Shown: in pieces, positions 1 through 12,574 of the stretch | How the letters are laid out: each line of letters begins with the position of its first letter | Numbering within the stretch: the first letter of the stretch is position 1 | NCBI RefSeq assembly: GCF_009914755.1 | Contig: NC_060936.1 | Strand: one strand, 5' to 3' | Origin: the human T2T-CHM13v2.0 reference genome, Homo sapiens | Length of the DNA: 64,000 nt | Notes under the pieces: model-generated | The model's input: only the letters and a program-made list of their open reading frames with translations | What the model was told of the DNA's origin: nothing | The model's database searches: none | Translations under genes and position numbers: made by a program

Positions 1-165
1 TAAAAATGATTCGAATCCCCCTTATCTGTTTATAGGTTTCCACTTTACAGCTTCTAAAATTTACTAAATTCATCTAAGTACTATACCTTTCTGACAAATA
101 AAAACCATCTACAAAATAATGTATTTATGCATCTGTCTCTCAATATCACATCTACACATTTACAG

Positions 166-222
166 GCAGAGGAAAGAAGAGAACAAGAAAAAAGAAGAGA
201 ATAAGGGGAGAGAAATATGTAT
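166..222 (+). other. Weak candidate 57-nt purine-rich cassette exon (phase 2: QRKEENKKKEENKGREIC)
   Basis: TTTACAG acceptor ending 165, GAAGA-rich body, TAT|GTGAGT donor at 223. Length is a multiple of 3. Poor polypyrimidine tract. Confidence 0.2.
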
Positions 223-2252
223 GTGAGTAAATTCATTTCTAGAGTAGCATGTTTGTGTTTGTGCCTCTGGCAGTGGATCCATGAACACTGGAATATATGA
301 GTAACCGCATCTATATCTTTATAACTCATTCTCTATGTATTCATATCATCTGTTGATTAAAAAATATTTTTACTTATATATGTTCTAATTTTACAAATTA
401 TCATTTTTAAAATGTTACCAAAAATAACACCTATTTAAAATTAGAATGCTAGTAATAATGATACAAATTACATAGATAATACAAGGTTTGAATTTTAGAG
501 TTACAAATGTGGGTGTACTAACCAAAATGTAAATATGAGGAACTTTTTTCATTGCTAGTGCATTATAAAAGTTATTATTCATGGCTGTCTAAAACAGAGA
601 ATGAGGTATCAAATTGGGATGAGTATTTGATTATTTGACCAACCTAAGTTTTTATTCTTAGAACAGATTGGTCAATTTGCTTCCATAACTTAAACTGCCT
701 AATTTTTTTAAATTTTCTTGCATAAAACATTTATTTAGTGTAATTATGTTTTTTAGTAACCTGGTTTTATATGTGAAAACAATAACCTTAAACCTGATTT
801 GAAAAGCATAAAGAAACAAACATTTTTCCCAAACAAGATATCTGAAAGTTCAAAATAATTCAGATTTTTAAGAAAACTGGCTTGTTCAAGGGGTGATCTT
901 CATGTCTCCTTTTAATTTTTAATTCTTATTAAGCTTTTTTCTTTTGTTAGTAGCTCTAAGCTATACTTGCTTATAAAGAACATCACCTAAAACTTTAGTG
1001 TCATCTGGCTAGATTTTAAAAAGTTGTGATTCCTAAATATATATAATCAAACAGCAAAATATTTGTTTCTGTGCTATGGTCAGTTGATTTATTGACCATA
1101 TAAATATGGACATTTCAGTTTCAATAAATTAACTAGAAACTGTCAACATTGAGTATAGCATGTGGAAAGCTTTTGTTGTAAAGCACATAGAAGAAAGAAT
1201 GTCTATTTAAACTGAAATATTTAGCCATTAGCCTGAAACATATTCATTGCCATAATTTTTATTCTGATAGCTTTTAAAATGCGAAATAGTAGATAGCATA
1301 AAAGTAAATCATCTTATATTTGTTTTCTGGGATTTTTTTAAGGCCAGAGAAGGCAATCTTAGTCTTAGGTTCATATTGGTGAATAACTTTTTAGCCATTT
1401 TTTTAAAAAACAAAAACCATTTCTAAAAACTTCAGGCAAATAAGTAACTCTTTGATAATAATTGGCCAATAAATTGGGTTAATTAACAGTTTTTTAAATT
1501 GAATTTGATAGTCTTCAAGCTTGTTTGTCAAAATAAAGATGGATTTAATTATAAGAAATTGTCCACAGACTGTGTCCTGTAATATTTATGAACTAACCAT
1601 ATATCAGCTTTTCTGAGTCTAATTTTCTCAGTCTAATTGTTGACTGTACACTCATTGTTTCTTCTGCGCCATTTACATATATAAATAGACACACTTACAG
1701 GGGCAGAAGAGAAAATATTAAATTTTTATTTCAACTTTTTAGTATTACTGGTGTGAAAAGGACACCGAAGAAAAGAATGAAACTGCATTCATTAAAAATG
1801 GGGATTAGGAATTTAAAAAATTATCTTCTTTAAAAATTAATCAGATAATGCACACTGTTCAAATTTAGCATTAAGGCCATGATGAACACATAGACATATG
1901 CAGTTTTTATTTGCATGAATGCTGTACGTGTAGCATTCTAATGCTTAATCACTCTGCTTCTCAGAAGTGACTTCTCTTACTACCTTGTGGTTTCCATTGA
2001 ATTTTTCCCCTCTATATTCTCTCTTTCTCTCTTCCTGCATCCCCTTTCTTCTTCTTTCAAGGAGGGGGATTGGATAACAATGTTTTAGATAAAATGAGTG
2101 AGGTACATAATATAGAAGGAAAAAGTGAAAAGGTGAAGGGACGATAGGAGAGACAATTGCCTTAGGACACTGAAGGATAAGGCAAGTCTGCAGTGCATGA
2201 TGTGCTATACATTTCTGTTTCATTTCCTCTGTCATTTTTTCCTTTCTTTAAG

Positions 2253-2271
2253 ATCACTTGATTATATGTAG
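2253..2271 (+). other. Candidate 19-nt micro-exon (phase 2: SLDYM-stop)
   Basis: Pyrimidine tract TTTTTTCCTTTCTTTAAG ending 2252; TAG|GTATGA donor at 2272; TGCATG at 2194-2199. Confidence 0.3.
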
Positions 2272-2434
2272 GTATGAAGTATAGGAGGACTCAGATTATT
2301 TCAAAGTACACACTTAGTTCAGAAATTTATCCATGAGTAGAGAATTTAGTATTTGGAAGATTAAAAGAAAGTCCAACTTGAAGAACATGACAGTGCTAAT
2401 TAATATATGATCATCTAATCAATTATTATATCCA

Positions 2435-2477
2435 GCTGATTTGTCTACTTTCCTCCTTTTACAGGTCTCACTTATGA
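2435..2477 (+). other. Candidate 3' splice acceptor (exon start 2465; phase 2: SHL-stop)
   Basis: GCTGAT branch-like motif, CTACTTTCCTCCTTTTACAG|G. Confidence 0.3.
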
Positions 2478-2910
2478 ATATAGTGTAATCTGTTTCAATT
2501 CTTGTGTTTGGTATATTAATGGTGTGGGTATTTAGTTCAAGGCTTTCCACTACATAAACACTCTACAACCTGTAAAGGCATTTTTGTTCTAAAAATATGT
2601 TTGTAATTTAGTTGTTTGGAACTTAATAGACCTTGTTTCTCCAAGAGTTCACAATGTTAATAATGGTAGCTAAGATCTCAGTATAATTCCACAAAGGTGT
2701 GTTTAGCCTAACTCTGTATACTGGTTTGTCCCTTAGCACATATAAGAGACATTCCCCAAGAAAGAAATATATGCTTAACTTCGCAATCCCCGCCCCCCTC
2801 ACCCCCAGCATAGGTGAAGCAGTTTTATTCCACTGTGTTCTGTAAGATGTATCCTTTCTCTCTTTTTCTCTCTGCTTACTTTCATCTTTATCTCTCCTCT
2901 TCCTCCAAAG

Positions 2911-2980
2911 ATCACAGTTAGGTAACACCGACCAGCACTGGCCAGCACGTGAAAAGAACCTTCTCAATAATACAGAGTGA
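2911..2980 (+). CDS. Candidate alternative terminal coding exon, phase 2: SQLGNTDQHWPAREKNLLNNTE-stop (or an 11-nt micro-exon 2911-2921)
   Basis: About 55-nt pyrimidine tract (2852-2906) then AAG acceptor at 2908-2910; 22 open codons then TGA; locally retained CpGs; AATAAA downstream at 3544 and 3939; internal TAG|GTAACA donor at 2922. Confidence 0.4.
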
Positions 2981-4605
2981 TACCGTTTTATATCTGCCCG
3001 ATTTCATTAGGCAGAGAGTGTCTGTCTAAAGTACCAAGGTGGAAAGGCACTAAGGCTGCTTCATTCTGCAAGTGACAGATTTTATTTCATGATGGAGATT
3101 CTAATTTTTCCTTGGGTTTTTTCAGGCAGCTAGTTGTTGTCTGTGTTACATCAAATAAGAAGGTATTTAGATTGTACCTGGCTATACAGAAAGACATTTT
3201 ATTATATGTTGACAACAAACTTCAATATGCTGCTAAACTCTTGAGGAAATGTATACTGAGTCTACTCATAGGTTTATATATTAATGAAGGATTGGATTAT
3301 AAATGACTATTCTTAGATTTTTTTTAAGTCAACATTCTAGAACTAAAAACATTTTCATCCTTTCCTGATGAATTTTATAATACTTGCAGAGGAATGATTC
3401 TCTGCTTCACGTCTCTGAGTTTCACTCAATTGTTTCCTCAATTTAGGTTTGGATATAATCCGTGTGCATTTAATATCACATCTCTAGATCTGGTCAAGGT
3501 TTCCCCTTAAATCTAAAGGAAATAGTTGAAAGGAAAAAGGCAGAATAAAATATCTTAGGAAGACTTAGACTTGGTCTGGCTATGTTTAGATTTCTTCCAA
3601 ATTTTGGCTCAGTTTTAAGCTTTATTGGCAGTCTCATTCAGAACTGTGGCTTTATCCTCTTTTTTTCATTTGGCTAATATGATTTGTTAAAACATTCTCT
3701 GTTTATTTCTTCTTGCTTAACATTTTTCCACACGGCAGGCATAATGAATTTTTGTTTATGATGGGCCGTGCTGCCTGAATTATGGTATGGAATCTGGGTT
3801 TGGTTTCTTTGGAAAGATATTTTATTGCAATTTCAGGGGATTTATGTAGCTTCTGGTGTTCAATCTTAGACATGAGTTTCTCTGAAACTCGTTGCTTTAG
3901 GAGGAGTTATTTCTAAGGAAAACTAGGCAGCATCTGGTAATAAAAAACCACCACAATTTATTATAAATAGATTTACCAGATTTCTTGGTATAAGCATTAT
4001 CATGTTCCCTACCAAATTATCTTTGTATCTGAATTATGCACAATTAAAGAGTGAAATGCATCTTTTTAACTCAAGATCCTCAAAGCTCATTAAAGTGCCA
4101 CATGCACTGGGGTTTGTTGATGCTGATCAGCCACAGACAACACATGTTAAAATATACTCTTCCCCAAAAGAGCTAAGGAGATCATGTTTCCTTGTACAAG
4201 GAATACTGATACGGGCTGCATTCTGAATTGAAAGTACCTGGTTTGTAGCTAAGGAAATAATTCTACCCCTTGATCCTTTTTGTCAATTCAAATTGCATAA
4301 ATTTCTAAAGAAACCAAATGGCAATTTCTAGGTTAATGTGAAAAGTTACCACCATATCATATAAACTGACTTGACTTAGAGCATTCTGAGAGAAGAATAT
4401 TCATGAAATTAATCCACATACTCATTTATTTTTGAAATGCATACTGTATTTTAATGAACATATTTTTAATGTACTTTATGCATCAATTATTGTAGCACTT
4501 TTCTTGAGATTAAAAAACGGAGACAAACCCCCCAAAGCCTTTGTGTGAAATTATTTTTAGTTCATTTACTTGTGAGATGACCATCCAAATACCAGATTTC
4601 CCACA

Positions 4606-4836
4606 GATTAAAGAGCACAGAATTTGAAGCTAGGCTGATCCTATTTGGAATCCCAGTTCTATCTCTAAGTTACCTAACCTATGTTAAGGCTCAGTCTCCT
4701 CGTCTATAAAATAAATGAATGCAAAACTTGAAAAGTTGTTATGCTGTTATACAGAGTAAGTGATGTAGTAAATGCAAAATGTCTTATATTATCTGTGGCA
4801 GATATTATATGTTCAATAAGTGATAGCTGGTGTTAC
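4606..4836 (+). mobile_element. MIR SINE
   Basis: Core-like CTCAGTCTCCTCGTCTATAAAAT and tail TTCAATAAGTGATAGCT. Confidence 0.75.
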
Positions 4837-5092
4837 TTGTATTGTTATGCATTCAGTGGTAATGGATATTTCCAGAGAGACATTTTGAAGTAAAAAATTG
4901 TCATCTGTGATGCTATTGAAAATATATTTAATGACTGGCAGTCAACATATGGATCAGCAGCATAGAAACGACATTTTTAAATAGAATTGGATCCTTTTTT
5001 AAATTTTGGAATAAACAACTCAGGATCAAAGAACTTGAGAAGAATTTCAGTGGGGAAATGAAAAGTGGCCAAAGCTTTGAAAAATAAGCTCC

Positions 5093-5735
<643 letters not shown>

Positions 5736-6265
5736 AGAATTATTTAGACAGAACAAGGATTTATATTCTTATCTTACTTGTAAGTACAGAATTCAAAATA
5801 GGGCTGTAAGAAATTTTCCTCATATAACTTACATTTCTGTATCTTATATAAATCTGTTTTGTCTTTGCATTTTACACGTCGATCAGCATAAAAACCAAAC
5901 TAGAGATTAATATAGTAGATCTACAGTATTTAATTTCTTATAATTTACATATTACATTTTAATAATAAAAGCAAATAAATATCAAAACATTAATGTTCTT
6001 ATGATCAAGGACATTCCACTCTACCTTTAAAAAAATTTAATACCTGCTGTTTCCTGCTACATTGTATGCTATAAGTTTGACGGGTATTGACTCAAAGCAT
6101 CTTTTTCATAATTCCCAAAACCAAAAACTTAGACATTGAGTTTTTTTTTGTAATCTACTTGATAGAAAAACTCAATATGATAAAAAACAATTTGATTATA
6201 AAACATGCTCCGAAATAACATGATAATTATAGTCTTTTTTGTTAACTCAGTATAAATGCTTACAT

Positions 6266-6606
6266 GTGTATGTCAGAATGAGCTAGGTTATGCTGTAGTA
6301 ACAAACAACCCTCAAATCTAGGGGCTTAGAACAACGTGTCCACTATGGTTTGACATAGTCACCTAAGAAGCTAGGTTGATAGACTGCCCGTCACAAATGC
6401 TGCTGGCTGTCATGTCAGAGGAGTAGAGAAAGCTCTGGATGATTTTTCATTAATAATTGATACTTGAACTTAGAAATGACACCATGATTCCACTGACAAC
6501 CAGAACTAGTTACATGGCTCCTCCCCAACACAAGAAGTATAATCCTACTGGGTGTCTAGTAGGGAAGAGAAATATAAATATTTGGTAAATAGCGCTAATG
6601 ATTAGT
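6266..6606 (-). mobile_element. MaLR LTR (MLT1K/L-like)
   Basis: GCTAGGTTATGCTGTAGTAACAAACAACCC and AAATATTTGGTAAATAGCGCTAATGA motifs. Confidence 0.7.
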
Positions 6607-6729
6607 ATATTATATTTCACTGCAGAAATATTACTATGGTGATTTTATATTTAAGACCCAGAAAACTGTTGTCATCTTGTATATTATATATCATAAATTC
6701 CATACAATTTTTATAAAATCTGAAATGTT

Positions 6730-7030
6730 TTCATTCCAACAAGACAATCTTTTCAGATATGAAATTAAGAATTAATTCTATGTTGAGTTCTAGGGACCCA
6801 AGGAAAAATTAGACATGGTCTCTACTTGGTAGAACTCAGAGTCCAGTGAGAGAGTAAGGCATGTAGCCAAAACTTTCAAAGGAATGCATAATGTATTACA
6901 TTAGAGGTCTGATGGGAGTGTGATTGCAGTACAGAGGAGGGAGTGAAGAGATAGGCCTGATCTAAATAGAATGACTTCATAGGTATTGCATTTAAGCTAG
7001 GATTTGATGCATGGTAAGCATTGAGGGTAT
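6730..7030 (-). mobile_element. L2 fragment
   Basis: TTCATTCCAACAA start; AGACATGGTCTCTACT...AGAACTCAGAGTCCAGTG matches antisense L2 3' end. Confidence 0.6.
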
Positions 7031-7191
7031 AATTAGCATTTCTGATATATTTTAATTAACTTTTTATTGGCAGACTCTATGTTTTGTTTATACAATATGT
7101 ACATATTTTTTATTGTATATGCAATGTTTGGGGTGCAATAAATATGATGGTGGTTCCATGATAGAGAAAGATAAGTTTGGGAAAAGCGTTA

Positions 7192-7578
<387 letters not shown>

Positions 7579-8649
7579 CTAAGTTTTTAAAGAAGGAACA
7601 TAAAATGTTCTGTGCTTTCTGAAGGTCCTTTTGTGCCAGAGGATCAATGTAGGAATGTCAAACTCATTAGAAAAAGTGATTTATGAAAAGAGAAGTAAAT
7701 TATACTGTTTTTATATTTCAGTTGTTTTAGTAATGTCTTTTCAATATAGTGTGTATATTCAATATTAAACCTAGCTGAGAACTCAAATCTTAAACATCGA
7801 TGTGCTTGTCTGAACAGAAGGTTATACAGAGGAATTCCTCATGTTGATGTTTAGGTAGGTTGACTACAACTTTTCCTTATGCATGTTGCATTCCTGGAGT
7901 CCTATCGAGTGTCAAATACATTTTGCCACTGTCATTCTTCTGTATTTTAATTCTTGAAATATGTGAATAGCATATGATGGATAAATTTTGTACAATAAGT
8001 CATGTATACACCTCCTTAAAAACCACAGCTGTACTTGCATCAATACTTGAAGTGAAATTGCAGGAAAATCTCTGAAATGAGGAAAACATAAAAAATTGAA
8101 CAGTTTACATTTATAGAAAAAATACTTCATTTAGAAAAATATATGAACTACTTAAGAAATATTGAAGTCAAAATTTGTATTATATTTTGCACATTGTATA
8201 TAGTTATAGCATTTATAAAATGTATGATTCAATAAGATGATATGTTACTAACATATTGAGATTATTTTAAAGTATATACCAGCCTATATATTTTTTAATA
8301 ATACATAATGTATAAAACACTTTTCTATACATTCAGGTCAGTTACTAAGCATAAAATCATTGAGGTAGTAAAAGGGTAAATTATGTTGCATCTTTATCAC
8401 ACAGACATCAGTTGAACAGTTTATTGCAGTTAACCAATGAAATAAAACTAACCAATATAAAAATACTATGATATGACTTTTTATTGCAGAAAACATTATA
8501 GAAGACCTTACTTTAATGAAAAAAAGTGACTTTTTGGGGAAAGTGGTAGTTTACTATCTATGAAATAGAATTTCCTTTCTACTTGTTTCATTCTATAGGC
8601 CAACATGAAATGGAATAATGAGATGAATTAGAATTTGTATTGAAATACA

Positions 8650-8800
8650 TATGAATTGAATGCCTGGTTTTGCTACTTATTAACTATAGCCTTGAGTGAG
8701 TTGGTTAAACTCCCAAGTCTCTGTTTATGCATGTGTAAATTGAGAATTATGACAGCTAGTATAAGGAGTTGTGTATATGAAGAAAATGATGCAAAGTCAA
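8650..8800 (+). mobile_element. MIR fragment
   Basis: TGCTACTTATTAACTATAGCCTTGAGTGAGTTGGTTAAAC core-like sequence. Confidence 0.55.
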
Positions 8801-9566
8801 TGCAATGAATAGGAGCCATTGATAGATGAAGAGAACTGTAATACCATCATGATTCCGCTGTTAATGGCCTGCCACCCTCTCTCACAGAGATCCCATCTTC
8901 TTTATATTTATCATCCTTTAGGTAGAACAAAATCTCACTTTCACAAAAACTTAAAACAAAAACACTTCAATGAGGGGCATCACATTGCGTTTATTTTAAT
9001 AAAAATCAGCTGATACATCAATGGAACAAGTTGTACTACAAAGACAAATCTGGGATATCAATTGGAAACAAAATTCCATGGAGATGATGTAGTACAAAAA
9101 AATAGCAGTCTGAACTTGTTATCAAAGCTTCACCTCAGATTGGCCTCATAACTTCATAGGTGCTTCAAATACTTATACTCAAATACTTATACTCAAAGGT
9201 GATATGTTCTCTTTCTCCTCCAATATCTCCTCCAGCCTCACATCTTTCACTGTCCCATCCAAGAAGTTTACATCCATTAAATTATAAAGACCATTGTCCT
9301 GTATTTGAACTTGCTGATCACTTTTTTTCTGCTTTTGTTTATAACTTTGGGTTCTATGATGCCATATTCTCCTGGTTCTACTGACACTGCTCTGATCATC
9401 TATTTTTTATTCCTATTCTAAGCATTGTTTCTCTGGTTATCCTTTAAATTTTTGTGATTCCCAGGATATTATATCTTATATTTGCCTTATAATTTTTGGG
9501 TTACTGTATCTAAGTTTTATGATTTCAACCATCATCTACATGTTCATTCCTGGAAATATTTGCACC

Positions 9567-10037
9567 TTTATTAGTTTCCTATTGCTGTTGTATCAGCTAC
9601 AAATGTAATAGCTTAAATAACACAAATTTATTATCTTACAGTTCTTCAGGTAAGAATTCCAAAATCAGTTTCATGAGGCTATAGTCAAGGTACTGGCAAG
9701 GCTGCTTCCTTCTGTAGGTTAGAAGGGAAAATTAATTTCCTGGCCTTTCCCCATTTTTACCTCCCAAGCCTACATTCCTTAACTCATGGTCCCTTCCTCC
9801 TTCTTCAAAGGCAGCAGCATAGAATTTTCTCTCTTTTCAGGTCATTGGTTCCATTCTGATCCTCCTGCAACCTTCTTGTAAGGATCTTTGCAATTACATT
9901 GAGGCCAACTGGATAATACAAGATAGGCTTCCCATCTCAATATCCTCAATCACATCTGCAAAGTCCCTTTTACTATATAAGGTTCCAAGGACTAGGTTGT
10001 GGACATATTTAGGAGGCCATATTTCAGCCTACCGTAC
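9567..10037 (-). mobile_element. MaLR LTR (MLT1C/D-like)
   Basis: TATTAGTTTCCTATTGCTG start, AATTTATTATCTTACAGTTCT, CACATCTGCAAAGTCCCTTTT, TTCAGCCTACC end. Confidence 0.85.
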
Positions 10038-10739
10038 TTCCCAGGAGTCTGATGAACATCTACAGCTAGATGTTTTCCTGTCATTTCAAATTCAACTTCT
10101 CAAAAACTGAATTCACCATACTATCCTGTCTCATAGACCCAGTTCTCCCTTTGTATTCCATGTCTCAGTTGATGGGAAAGCCATCACCTCATTCACCCAA
10201 ATGAGAAATCTAGGAGTCATCTTTGACTTTTCCTCTTTTTTCTCTACATATAGAACATTATGGCTTCCAACTTTAAATTTTAAATTTCCATCCCACTAAT
10301 ACTGCCCTATTTTAAGTCAGAAATGTTCGCTTACTGGCCTATAGTCTTTCACTTCCAAATTTATCTCATTTGCCATCATCTGAATAATATATATGAAAGC
10401 AAATCAGATCATTCTATCCCCTCACTTTTATGCCCCTCTCTCCTGCCATGTCTATTACCTACAAGCTAAAAATTAAACTTTTAAAATCAATCTATTTTCA
10501 ATGTGTGCTACTAAAATATAATCACTTGAAGACAAAGCTTGGGATTTATGTTTTGCCCTTAGCACATGACAATACCTGTCTTTGCTCAAGAAATGTTTCT
10601 TGATTTGAACTGAAGCTCTTTATCATGAAATAAAAAGGTTCTCTATGGTGGGATTGTACCTTTCTCTCTAATCTCTCCTTATTTGCACTGCAATAACATA
10701 ATTTATACACAAAAGCAAATATCACTATTTATTCATGAA

Positions 10740-11140
10740 AACAACCTCCTCCCTTTCTGAGCCAAAAGATAGAATACATTTCCTAGCCTCCCTTGCAGAT
10801 TGATATGACTGTGTTACTGTTTTTTAGGGAAATGGAATTGAAGACAACTACTTCTAGAATTGGTGCATGGAAGCTTCTCATAGGTGATTAGCCACACTCT
10901 TCTTCTGTCAACCTGGTGCAGAAAAGCTTGAAGACCTTGGAAATCACATATTGATGATGGAGGAGATACAAGAATGAAGGACCCTGGGTTCCTGAATCAA
11001 CACTCTAAGAAGAGACTCCTTGAAATCAAGAGCACTCATTTTGACATTGCAAACCGAAAAATTCACTTCTATCAGGTTTGAACCAATATATAGTTTAGGG
11101 TTTTTAAAAAATAACTGTTAGCATGACTTTAACTAATACA
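10740..11140 (+). mobile_element. MaLR LTR (MLT1I/J-like)
   Basis: ACATTTCCTAGCCTCCCTTGCAG, CCTGGGTTCCTGAATCA, terminal AACTAATACA. Confidence 0.75.
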
Positions 11141-11415
11141 CATGCCATACAGGATCAGACCTCTGTGACTTTGCTTTTACAGTCTGCTCTGTCTGGAGGG
11201 GAGTTTCATCTTTGCCATCCTTAATGATATAGCATAGACGCTATGTCCTCCAGAAACTTCCTTGGCACCCACATTTTTGGATGGAAGCTTCTTGTCATTT
11301 CCATGGAAAGTAAGCTTAATCTTGTCAATGTGGTTCAACATCAAATTTGAATTATGTTCACCTATCTTGTTTCCAACCTTCCCAACTAAAATTTAAATTT
11401 CATAAAGGACTGAAA

Positions 11416-11510
11416 GCAATCATTTTGTATCTCCAGCCAGGAACACAATGCCAAGCTTGGCTCCTCCAAACTTGGCATTGTGTTCCTGGCTGGAGATACA
11501 AAATGATTGC
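11416..11510. repeat. Inverted repeat with perfect 40-bp arms
   Basis: 11416-11455 is the exact reverse complement of 11471-11510; then one mismatch, 4 more pairs (TTGG/CCAA) and a 5-nt loop CTCCT. Confidence 0.98.
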
Positions 11511-11549
11511 AATAAGATTGCAATAAATGCTTATTGGACGGACCTCAAC

Positions 11550-11670
11550 ACAATTTCCTTACCTATAAAAATAACATAATAATTCAGACCCCATGTGGTT
11601 ACTGTGATGATTAAGTGAGGCAATATATGCAAAGCACCTGGCACATAGCAGGTACTTAATAAATGTTCGT
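11550..11670 (+). mobile_element. MIR 3' half
   Basis: TTTCCTTACCTATAAAA...CCTGGCACATAGCAGGTACTTAATAAATGTT. Confidence 0.75.
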
Positions 11671-12574
11671 GTTCATCCCTTCACAGAGCCTTCCTTAACT
11701 ACATTGGTTCAGGCTTTCATCTTTTATCTTAATTGTCTCCAGTCAGGATTACATTTTGGTTCTCAGTTCTTTGATAATTTTATGTATGCATTAATTTTCC
11801 CTCCCTATCCAAACTGTAAACTCCTTCTGGAAACAACTGCTTCTTATCCTTCTTTCTAGCCTTATTGCACCTTGGACAGAGGAGGTGTTCAATATACACT
11901 TTTTTAAGTTGACTGAGTACTCTCTGTATGTGTTCTATTATGTTACATTAAAAACAGCTCTAAAGCCAGGTCTCTATGACAGCAAACAAATCTCTGGCCA
12001 AGAAATAAGCCAGTGCATAAAACATGCTGTCAACTTGGCTTTCATACTAACCTATGCAGGTGTGTCTCTGTTTAGGGTGTAGAATATTATGAAATATCAG
12101 TGCCAATTTAGTGTGGGGAGTGAAGAGAGGATTGTGTACGTACGTAACAGATAATCTGTAAAAATGCTGGATTCACTGGCTGTACTTAAGCAGCATATGT
12201 ACATATGCACTGACTCTAGAACCGTATGTTTTGCCATCACTTCACATGGTGTCACTCTATTTGACATATCCTAAACTCCTCCAGGAATATGTCCTCTTTT
12301 AAACTGATCCTTCTGTGACAATAATATTCTTCATTCATTAGCACAATTTACCTGTGAGGTGCCAGAGTTGCAATATCAAAGATATTCTGGGAGGTGGTTC
12401 AGTTTACTGAGTGTGTTGGAAATAAACGGGTATTCAGGGTTTAGATGGGGATGAGCTAAAGGTCATCCCAATAATATATTATAAAGAATGAGAGCGTGAG
12501 AGCACAGACTCTTGAACCAGACTACCTGAGTTTTATTTCTGGTATTGTCCCTTGCTGTGGGATGCAAATTTGTT

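Larger units (their letters stand above)
9300..11540 (+). mobile_element. Fragmented L2 interrupted by two MaLR LTRs
   Basis: TTCTCCTGGTTCTAC, TTCAAATTCAACTTCTCAAAAACTGAATTCA, AAATCTAGGAGTCATCTTTGAC, and 3' tail TGTATCTCCAG...CAATAAATGCTT. Confidence 0.65.

Noticed and set aside
6135-6176. 11-bp inverted repeat (and a 10-bp one at 60083-60107)
   Set aside because: Short and AT-rich; near chance expectation for 64 kb.
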